Below, in pieces: positions 58,301 through 64,000 of a stretch of 64,000 nucleotides of DNA (within the stretch, counting starts at the first letter, position 1; each line of letters begins with the position of its first letter). The notes beneath the pieces are model-generated. The model made no database searches. It saw nothing but the letters and a program-made list of their open reading frames with translations, and had not been told where the DNA came from. Made by a program: the position numbers and the translations under genes. This stretch comes from an uncultured Anaerolineales bacterium (GTDB taxonomy: Bacteria; Chloroflexota; Anaerolineae; UBA7937; B3-Chlor), in assembly GCA_964577995.1 (NCBI GenBank), contig CAZOBP010000003.1, positions 10,396 through 74,395 on the forward strand, in the 5' to 3' direction.

Positions 58301-59645
58301 GGACACGCACTACGTAGACTTGTATGACTTCGCCGACCAGCTCAATAGCTACGTGAGCGACGCCGCCATCAATACCGCCGCCACTGCTGTGATGGACGCA
58401 GTGGATGGCGCGGTAATCAACGAGTGCGGCTCGTTGATCTGGCCCGACGCCCACGGCATCAGCATCTACTTCCCGGAATCGGAAGAGGACTACGACGACA
58501 ACTACGACGGGTATCAGGGTTGGCTCCAGTACACCGCCGATCACCACTGGGACGAGTGGCTCCACGCCTTCTACACCATGGGCTCCATTGCTCCCTTCCC
58601 GTTCTACGATGGCTTCGAGTCAGGGACGCTGGGCCTGGGCTGGTCCACCTTCGTCACCGGTACCGGTCGAGCCCGGGTGTCCAGCCCCACCTTCCGCTAC
58701 GAGGGCAGCTACACGCTGTCTCTCGACAACGAGTTCGAGCACGCCAACGATTCGATTGCCGCAGCCATCCTGACCATCGATCTCAGCGGGCAGTCCGAGG
58801 TCTATCTGGACTTCTGGTGGAGGGACTGGTACGACGAGACTCAGCCGCAGGATGGGGTGTTTATCAGCGACGACTGGGGTCTGAACTGGCACCAGGTCTA
58901 TCCCTTCGACCTGGACCCGGTGAGCTGGTACGCCCACCCCATCATCGACCTGGCTGCCGAAGCGGCCAGTCACGGCCTCACGCTGAACGATCACTTCCAG
59001 ATCAAGTTCCAGGCCTACGCCAGCGTACCCATTAGCAGCTACGGGGACTCCGATGGCTACACCATCGATGCGGTATGGGTGGACTCCAGCCCTCACGGCG
59101 TGGCAACATTGCCCTTCTACGATGGCTTCGAGTCCGGCATGCAACTGCACGACGTCTGGCAGGAATACCAACCCAATCGTGGTAATGTATCGGTTGGCTC
59201 TGAAGAGACGTGCTATTTCTGCCGACCCTACGCAGGCGAATATTGCCTGGCCCTGGAAGGACCCTACAACTACTCACCCGATGCCACTGCCGCTGCGATT
59301 CTGACCCTCGATCTCAGCGAGGAAGCGGGAGCCCTCCTCGACTTCTGGTGGAGAGAGTGGAACGACGAAAACCATCCCGAGGACGGAGTATTCATTAGCG
59401 ACGACCAGGGTGCGAACTGGTACCAGGCCCTGTCCTTCAACGACGGACCGTCCAGCTACCGCCACGACATTGTGGACCTCGCAGAGGAGGCCAGGTCTCA
59501 CGGTCTGGCGTTCAACAACATCTTCCAGATCAAGTTCCAGTTCTATGGCAACTGGGACATGCCCACGGATGGGTACCTGCTAGACGAGGTCAGGATACGC
59601 AACGCCGGGAGCTTGCTGCCCCTCGTCGCCAAGCGGTACCAGTAG
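52335..59645 (+). CDS. giant secreted multidomain surface protein (~2436 aa): signal peptide, multiple Ig-like modules, 3x 119-aa tandem repeats, degenerate clostripain (C11)-like domain, 2x C-terminal jelly-roll repeats
   Basis: Signal peptide GLAVAVIALVLMAASTAFA; module NNGDAYTTNSSATLNLSASDLDTGVWQMRF.....WTSW..YASTYAWTL.GSDGQKTV (Ig-like type common in actinobacterial/chloroflexal surface proteins); many ..D.AGN.E.. modules; C11-like block KWTFLVYLNGD...HYALIIWDRGSE...DLLGFDASLMALAE. Confidence 0.85.
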   Translation, partial: TRRFTSRKTCSRAGTGVFRGLAVAVIALVLMAASTAFALPFSPTALAPEAGQELVSRRTATAKHFYLGDGRYMARISSQAVHYLDTQGHWQESDTEIATVENGAYRYAAERNGLRAYFKQSSNASAAVRVEMSPRSPEEARAGPESLGWLTWQPTRLLYVADDGYSRVVSNSKPAGAKVRGSVLTYSGSFPGTIDHYTVRNNLLKHDVVVSVLPALSSHDGQQPAFLSYEGLIEFPEGYSLYADGAEQTGSFTTPGSIELRDDAGHPALWLRAPYAYEDANPGTSVRARYIVEVSGSSARLAVQVPYDWLADPSRVYPVVIDPTVSIDTTRDTDIDEDAPDTNNGGGSTLTVCNKDELVCNERALLYFDLSSIPAGYDTEATIEDADMYLWVDYLWALGDDWYIEVDTHALTTDWTEYGATWNSPWTTPGGDYDGYTTTTTIWGDEEDEWKSWIMTYIVRWWYSGELPNYGVILRSDHQYGGTKYARFNSRDAGSHTPYLDVTYTLTPYILSSYAEQVHGTPDPSQHFQFTYTNNYWQAAGINPPAGTDYDLRLYSDSGYSSEEAYSDGENDVVDFVLVNGNTVGAPDTYYPLAEAYSGSGDYPIEWAEGGFPELSNGSLGPFTMGSDDVVRVWDADLSIGSTYYFSVFPTSGDADLGIALFSPSNGNYQDRFDAVAGADTYYSGQPEFFEYTATTSGYHGLVVWNEGATSDTSFKVYRDTSAPSCSMAINNGDAYTTNSSATLNLSASDLDTGVWQMRFQDAGGSWTSWTNYASTYAWTLPGSDGQKTVNAEFKNYAGAVCDCSDSITLDRGDPQSQASIFEEYWTTSISPVPVDWTASDTWSGVASVRLYARKEGGSWADSGLSPQSGTSGTFNYWPSSGEGRYYFQTSATDGAGNQEDPPSGSSGSGDDSVFYDASKPSSGLVYCPGYANSTFSVEYNASDGSGSGLQTLQLHYKKESGGTWNYYGTCSAVPSGWCDFTPPSGEGTYYLATKAQDFAGLWEDSPSGSGDCNTFYETQNPDSTITRPSGPGWYNLTVVYRMEGTASDTGGSGLYEIELAIKRDSDNYYWHGCGGGWQSGSETWFPANGTTSWYYEPACTPWEDTESYTLRSRAKDNAGNLQSSPAQVQFSYDNVKPYSSVGVPGDGDNRNSLTDVSGTANDNGGSSLYKVHTSIKRNSDNYYWNSSAWASGSEVWLEAWRAGSTWVYDTDYVTWQSDHTYTIRSKAQDNAGNEETPGSGHTFLFDDEDPSSTASPPTSQIGGDIAIPYTAGDTGGSGLDHVRLWKNYESGGWTLTSGYETGSSGTFYFIPTDGDGSYCFQSIAHDEAYNVEDGPTGSGDGCTSYSGTPPNHDPTLDWTGEPNYISDGLHPGSGGTGDSYVYRIEYTDVDGDPPNYVRVHIEKGGADISGSPFTLAYVSGSHTTGAFYSYTKTGLPEGTDYTYYFEAQDDQGHDAAPTTELDAPDVSPPNNPPSLAWTGETNYTSDGLHPESGGTADSYVYRIEYTDADGDPPSFVRVHVEKGGSDVSGSPFTLAYVSGSYTTGAIYSYTKVGLAAGTDYTYYFEAQDDLGSPATPTSELDAPDVTGTNDPPLLSWTGETNYVSDGLHPESGTTSDDYEYRIEYSDADGDAPNYVRVHIEKGGTDVSGSPFTLACGSGDYTTGVICSYTKSGLAEGSDYTYYFEAEDDLGHPATPTTELDAPDVSDSGLPKWTFLVYLNGDAPSPTEDAAIDDFLEMSSIGSTSEVNVVVWFDPLGDVYTWDQTHKFYVTKGMTPDPANGVYLGEKDMSDPQTLIDFVQTEKANYPAEHYALIIWDRGSELRRDPPENTLLGDICFDNNPIYSTSAMTMPELRTALSTITDGGADPLDLLGFDASLMALAEIDNQLKPYADVRVSSQGAEPSGGWNYDEVLNLLTLIPEMTPAEFAEVIVDWYCPNYGNEPTMSATDLQTPCSDLDTAVDNLVVALMAGAATHHADIATARANTQVFSDTHYVDLYDFADQLNSYVSDAAINTAATAVMDAVDGAVINECGSLIWPDAHGISIYFPESEEDYDDNYDGYQGWLQYTADHHWDEWLHAFYTMGSIAPFPFYDGFESGTLGLGWSTFVTGTGRARVSSPTFRYEGSYTLSLDNEFEHANDSIAAAILTIDLSGQSEVYLDFWWRDWYDETQPQDGVFISDDWGLNWHQVYPFDLDPVSWYAHPIIDLAAEAASHGLTLNDHFQIKFQAYASVPISSYGDSDGYTIDAVWVDSSPHGVATLPFYDGFESGMQLHDVWQEYQPNRGNVSVGSEETCYFCRPYAGEYCLALEGPYNYSPDATAAAILTLDLSEEAGALLDFWWREWNDENHPEDGVFISDDQGANWYQALSFNDGPSSYRHDIVDLAEEARSHGLAFNNIFQIKFQFYGNWDMPTDGYLLDEVRIRNAGSLLPLVAKRYQ
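56403..57473 (+). repeat. three in-frame tandem direct repeats of 357 bp (119 aa) within the giant gene
   Basis: Units begin ctggactggaccggcgag (56403), ctggcctggaccggcgag (56760), ctgagctggaccggagag (57117); protein units L.WTGE.NY.SDGLHP.SG...D.Y.YRIEY.D.DGD.P..VRVH.EKGG.D.SGSPFTLA..SG..TTG...SYTK.GL..G.DYTYYFEA.DD.G..A.PT.ELDAPDV. Confidence 0.85.
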
Positions 59646-59732
59646 CCGGAGCGGGTTCTCGAGGCTCACGGCCGCCCTGCGCCAAGGCCCCGGTGCCGCC
59701 GAGAGGATGAACCCCACCCAGGCAAGAAATGA

Positions 59733-59767
59733 GAAGAGGCTGGCTGAGCCAGCCTCTTCCTCTTTCC
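59733..59767. terminator. bidirectional intrinsic terminator hairpin between convergent genes
   Basis: gaagaggctggc-tga-gccagcctcttc: perfect 12-bp stem with a 3-nt loop, flanked by T-rich ctctttcc (plus strand) and tcatttctt (minus strand). Confidence 0.5.
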
Positions 59768-59787
59768 GCTAGTGATCGACTGACTCC

Positions 59788-62013
59788 CTAGACCGGCAGT
59801 AGGCTCATCACCCACTCCACGAACTGAGCCAGGAAGTCCCAGGGACTCACAGAAGCCTCGGGCGTGGGCGCAGCCGCTGGGATGTCTATCGACGGGAAGT
59901 TGCCCTCCGACACCTGATAGGCCGTCCCGTCCAGCACCACGATCACCTCCTGGCCCACCGAGAAGTAGTAGCCCCACTCTGGGTGAGCCGCGATGAGCGC
60001 GAAGTAGTCCTCGCTGCCGAAGCCGACCTTCACCGTCTCCATGGATCCATCGTAGGTGGTGTCCGTCCAGATACCATCCCTGAGCACGAAGACCTTGTCT
60101 CTGGCGTACTTGATCTGCTCGGTGCTATCCGCCGCCTTGTCCGTGGAGCGCAGCGCCTCGCGGTTCTCCGCGTCGTCAACCGCGCCAGCGCCGCTCACGG
60201 GCGCGGGGACCGCTGTGGCTTCCATCCACATCTCGTGAGCGGCCTCCTCCCGACCTTCAGGGGTGAAGATGTCCTGCTCCTCCTCCACCAGGAAGGACGT
60301 GTACGGGGTCATGATCCCGTAGCGGACGCTCAGATCCACGATCTCATCTATCAGTTCGCGACCCTCGCCTCGGAGCCGGATCTCGTTGAGCAGGTAGCCG
60401 ATCTTGCGGGTCGCCCACAGCCTGGGGATGAACTCGTCACCTCCTCTCTCGGAGAAGCTGAGGTTCTCGTACACGAACTCCTGCTCCTCACCGTTCACCT
60501 GCCCGCTCAGTATCACGTCCGTGCGTCCGCCTTCCCGGTACCGCCCCACGACTACGAGTTGCGTCCCTGCGAAGAGATCCGGCAGCGGATAGGGGTAACT
60601 CTCCTCGACTCGCAGGTCCCCGAAATCCAGTTCTATGTCGGACAGGAGGGGCGTGCTGATCTTGGCATAGAAGGTGGAAACCTCTTCCTCGATGCTCTCG
60701 TAGGGACGGACGTAGGAGCTAGCGCCCCGGTTGTCCTGAGCGACGGTATCCAGGAGGAAGGTGTTCACGTCGTCGCCCACACCGAAGGTGAAGACCCGCA
60801 CGTTCTCCGAAGCCTGGCGGCTGACGTTGGCGATGATCCTGTCTGCTTCGGTAACCCCCTCGGTGGGCAACCCGTCCGTAAGAAAGATGACGATCTGCGG
60901 GCGCTCGCCGTCGGCCATGGCCAGGGCCTCGGCCAGGGCCAAGTCGATGTTGGTGCCCCCCACTGCCCTCAGATCGTCGATGAATCTCCAAGCCTCATCG
61001 GCTGCTGTCGCCGGCTCTGGCTCCCGGGCATAGACCCTCACCCCGGTGCTGAAGGCCACGATGTTGAAGCGGTCCTCGGGGTTCAAGTGATCCAGGATGT
61101 ACTCCAAAGCATCCTTGGCCTGTTCGATCTTCTCATCCGCCATACTCCCTGAGGTGTCCAGCACGAAGATCACGTCCTTGGCCACCACCTCTCCCTCGTC
61201 CACGTCCACCTGCGGTGCCACGAGGAGCAGGAAGAAGCCGTCCTCTCCGCTCTCGCGGTAACTCAGCAGGTTGAGCCCGAACTCGTTTTCGGACAAGGTG
61301 TAGTACAGCTCGAAATCGCGGTCCGGCAGCACGTCGGAGGCCTCGAAGCTGACGTTGACCGTGTGCTCATCCACACGATCTACAGCCACGTCGTGGCTCG
61401 GCGAGTAGATGGCCCTGATGGGCTGGGCTGATTCCACCCGCACCGAGATGATCACCTCCTCCAGCGGACGAGCCGAGAATCGTTCGGTGTCGAGCGGATA
61501 GACATACTTGACCAAGCCGCCCTCGTTCTCGAGGATCTGCGTATACGCCAACTCGACCCTCCGCTCGTCGCCCGGCTCAATGGGGAAGATGCTGGCCTTG
61601 AAGGTGTCCCTGCCCACGTACTCCAGCAGGGCGGGGTCCAGGCTGCGACGTACAATCTCCTCATATATCGCGCGTGCCTCGTCGCGGGGCAGGATCTCTC
61701 CTTCCCAGCGCTCGCCATCCACATACATGGCGAACTCCGAGATGGCTGCTTCCTCGGGCAAGGGGAAGATGTAGATGCCCTCCAGATCGTACTGCGTGTC
61801 ATTGAGGAACACCTGATCCACTTCGGTGGTCGCCACCTGATCGGTGATCTCCACCGCTACGCGATGGTACTTGATGACCAGATTGGGCACCTCGGCAGGC
61901 GGCACGCCAGGTGGGGGCTCCACGATCACCACGCCGTCCGCTCCTGCCACTCCTGCGCTGCTCAGAAGCAAGCTAGCCGTCACCAGAACCATCAACACCG
62001 CTCTCGTCCTCAT
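59788..62013 (-). CDS. secreted VIT (vault inter-alpha-trypsin) + von Willebrand factor A domain protein
   Basis: Signal peptide MRTRAVLMVLVTASLLLSSAGVAGA; VIT region (..YHRVAVEITDQVATTEVDQVF.N....LEGIY.FPLPE.AAIS.F); vWA MIDAS-containing DVIFVLDTSGSM......DRFNIVAFS. Confidence 0.85.
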   Translation of the reverse strand: MRTRAVLMVLVTASLLLSSAGVAGADGVVIVEPPPGVPPAEVPNLVIKYHRVAVEITDQVATTEVDQVFLNDTQYDLEGIYIFPLPEEAAISEFAMYVDGERWEGEILPRDEARAIYEEIVRRSLDPALLEYVGRDTFKASIFPIEPGDERRVELAYTQILENEGGLVKYVYPLDTERFSARPLEEVIISVRVESAQPIRAIYSPSHDVAVDRVDEHTVNVSFEASDVLPDRDFELYYTLSENEFGLNLLSYRESGEDGFFLLLVAPQVDVDEGEVVAKDVIFVLDTSGSMADEKIEQAKDALEYILDHLNPEDRFNIVAFSTGVRVYAREPEPATAADEAWRFIDDLRAVGGTNIDLALAEALAMADGERPQIVIFLTDGLPTEGVTEADRIIANVSRQASENVRVFTFGVGDDVNTFLLDTVAQDNRGASSYVRPYESIEEEVSTFYAKISTPLLSDIELDFGDLRVEESYPYPLPDLFAGTQLVVVGRYREGGRTDVILSGQVNGEEQEFVYENLSFSERGGDEFIPRLWATRKIGYLLNEIRLRGEGRELIDEIVDLSVRYGIMTPYTSFLVEEEQDIFTPEGREEAAHEMWMEATAVPAPVSGAGAVDDAENREALRSTDKAADSTEQIKYARDKVFVLRDGIWTDTTYDGSMETVKVGFGSEDYFALIAAHPEWGYYFSVGQEVIVVLDGTAYQVSEGNFPSIDIPAAAPTPEASVSPWDFLAQFVEWVMSLLPV

Positions 62014-62214
62014 CCTATGCCTCCTTTCAGTTCGCAGAGGTTGTGTCCGACTGTCCTACCCTTTCGACTACAAGACGCAGGGGGGATCGAAAAGGTTCCT
62101 TACCCTATTCCGCATCGGTCGAGGGAGCGTTACCCTTGTGGCACCAGCACCGTTGTACATAATAGGTTGTCATAAGGAACAAAAGGTGATAATATCGACA
62201 CTGGGAGAGCACAA

Positions 62215-64000
62215 ATGGTTCCAGAAGCCCCTTCGACTTCCCAGACCGGCACTCAGCGTGAAGACAACCTCGGCCCCCTGTTGTCCCTGGCCCAGGTCAG
62301 CGAGACGCTTCTCTCCGAGGTGGAGATCGAACGCCTCTATGAACTCATCCTGGAGGTCGTGCAGCGTGAGACGGGCGCGGATATGGTGTCCCTGATGTTG
62401 CTGGACGAAGGCACGCAGGAACTCTGCGTGGAGGCCGCCCTCGGTCTGCCGGCTGGACTGGTGGGTGCCGCCAGAGTGAAGGTTGGAGAGAGGATTGCCG
62501 GCTCGGTGCTGGAGCGCGGAGAGCCCTTGCTGCTGACGGACCGGAGCCCGGTTGACCGGGCGATCCGCGAATCCATGCACAGAGACGAGTTGACGTCTGC
62601 CCTCTGCGTGCCCCTCAGAATCAAGGGACGGCTGATCGGCGTGCTCAACGCCAGCAAGACGACCCCGGAATCTCCCTTCGACCATGATGATCTTAGACTC
62701 CTGTCCATCTTGGCCAGCCAGGTAGCCCTCGCCATCGAGAACTCGCGCGTCCACGAGGCAACCAGACAGAGAACCAGCCAACTGGATGCTCTGAATGAGC
62801 TAGGCCGCGTTGTGACCTCCACTCTGGACCTCGACGAAGTTCTCCGACTGGCGATGCAGGGCATCAACGAGATCATCGAGGCCGAGGCCGGCTCCCTACT
62901 GCTGCTGGACGAGACCACCAGCCAGCTCGTTTTCCAGGTGAGCCTGCACGGAGATACACAGCAGTCGGCGCCATTCGCCCTCCAGGTCGGGCAAGGGATC
63001 GCCGGGTGGGTGGTCAAGGAGGGAGAACCCCTCCTGGTCCGCGACGTGAATGGGGACCCCAGGTACTACAAGGAAGCCAGCAAGGAGTTCGGCCTACAAT
63101 GTCACTCCATCCTGTGCGTACCCCTGATCATCAGAGAACACGTCATCGGAGCTATAGAGCTGATCAACAAACTGGGCGGGGAATTCACGGCAGAGGACAT
63201 GGAACTACTGAACTCCATGTCTGCTACGATCGCCATCGCCGTGGAGAACGCGCGCCTCTATACAGAGCTGGCCGAGTTCGCCCGTGAGTTGGAGAGATCT
63301 CAGGCGCAACTGGTCAAGGCAGAGAAGCTGGCGGCCACGGGGAAGCTGGCCGCGTCCCTGGCCCACGAGATCAACAATCCATTGCAGGCGATCCAGAACT
63401 GTCTCCATCTGGTAACCAGGAAGCGTCCTCTGAGCGAGGCCAAACGACGCACGTACCTGTCCATGGCTCAAGAAGAGGTGCAGCGATTGATAGACCTTGT
63501 ACAACGGATGCTCGATTTCTACCGCCCCTCCACGGAGAACGTCGAACCTGTGGAGATTTCCGCTGTCCTGGACGACGTGCTTTCTCTGGTCGGCAAGAGG
63601 CTTCAGCACGGGCACATCACCGTGCATCGGACTGAGAGGTCACCATCGCCTCCTGTAGACGGGGTAAGCAATCTACTGAAGCAGGTCTTCCTGAACATCA
63701 TCATCAACGCACTTGAGGCGATGACCGAAGGAGGCGATCTATACATCGAGACCTCCTGGGACGAGCAGCGAGGGGAAGTGGCTGTGAGCTTCACCGACAC
63801 TGGACACGGCATCCCCGTTTCCGAACTCGCCAGTATCTTCGATCCCTTCTTCACATCCAAACCCAAGGGCACAGGCCTCGGCTTGTCCATAAGCCACGGC
63901 ATCATCGAGAGGCACGGCGGAAGGATAGAGGTCAAGAGCGAGGTGGGAACGGGCTCCACCTTCTCCGTGCATCTTCCCTGCCGTCCTCTCCGACCGCAAC
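62215..64000 (+). CDS. sensor histidine kinase with two GAF domains (GAF-GAF-HisKA-HATPase), 3'-partial at the window end
   Basis: Own translation from the ATG at 62215: MVPEAPSTSQ...; GAF1 (ADMVSLMLLDEG..EL.VEAALGL); GAF2 (AGSLLLLDETTSQLVF..S); H-box LAASLAHEINNPL; N-box FLNIIINALEAM; G-boxes DTGHGI, GTGLGLSI; open to the window end. Confidence 0.85.
   Translation, partial: MVPEAPSTSQTGTQREDNLGPLLSLAQVSETLLSEVEIERLYELILEVVQRETGADMVSLMLLDEGTQELCVEAALGLPAGLVGAARVKVGERIAGSVLERGEPLLLTDRSPVDRAIRESMHRDELTSALCVPLRIKGRLIGVLNASKTTPESPFDHDDLRLLSILASQVALAIENSRVHEATRQRTSQLDALNELGRVVTSTLDLDEVLRLAMQGINEIIEAEAGSLLLLDETTSQLVFQVSLHGDTQQSAPFALQVGQGIAGWVVKEGEPLLVRDVNGDPRYYKEASKEFGLQCHSILCVPLIIREHVIGAIELINKLGGEFTAEDMELLNSMSATIAIAVENARLYTELAEFARELERSQAQLVKAEKLAATGKLAASLAHEINNPLQAIQNCLHLVTRKRPLSEAKRRTYLSMAQEEVQRLIDLVQRMLDFYRPSTENVEPVEISAVLDDVLSLVGKRLQHGHITVHRTERSPSPPVDGVSNLLKQVFLNIIINALEAMTEGGDLYIETSWDEQRGEVAVSFTDTGHGIPVSELASIFDPFFTSKPKGTGLGLSISHGIIERHGGRIEVKSEVGTGSTFSVHLPCRPLRPQ

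Overview
High-GC (~63%) bacterial chromosomal window of densely packed genes; gene content (SpoVS, system II cytochrome c biogenesis, σ70-type promoters, exosortase/EpsI) suggests a Chloroflexota-like monoderm, but this is inference only. About 60 genes are supported, mixing housekeeping and accessory functions. Housekeeping: gyrB, ogt, tRNA-Gln, cdd, dtd, uvrC, tsaE-tsaB-rimI, maf, resB/ccsA, rfbB, a thiolase+DUF35 pair, and an NDP-sugar pyrophosphorylase. Accessory/surface: (i) a minus-strand gene string at 230-6416 encoding a STAND-ATPase/TPR/C-terminal-SARP regulator, a multipass membrane protein, a small NHLP/Nif11-leader-like peptide, two translationally coupled response regulators, and SpoVS; (ii) an exosortase + EpsI pair (6552-8146); (iii) a polysaccharide locus (32150-37834: Wzz, BY-kinase, long-form RmlA, a B12-binding radical SAM enzyme, two tandem small paralogous unknowns, RfbB); (iv) a 2436-aa secreted protein (52335-59645) built of Ig-like modules, three near-identical 357-bp tandem repeats, a clostripain(C11)-like domain with both catalytic residues substituted, and two C-terminal jelly-roll repeats; it converges on a secreted VIT-vWA protein over a shared hairpin terminator, followed by a GAF-GAF histidine kinase. 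murI is interrupted by an in-frame TGA. Many listed ORFs (e.g. 125-463+, 3235-3522+, 55005-56180-, 56226-57251-) are antisense shadow ORFs of a high-GC genome and are not called. No CRISPR array, rRNA or obvious IS/transposase/integrase was found. All coordinates come from the ORF track arithmetic; RNA, promoter and repeat coordinates were read by eye and may be off by 1-2 nt.
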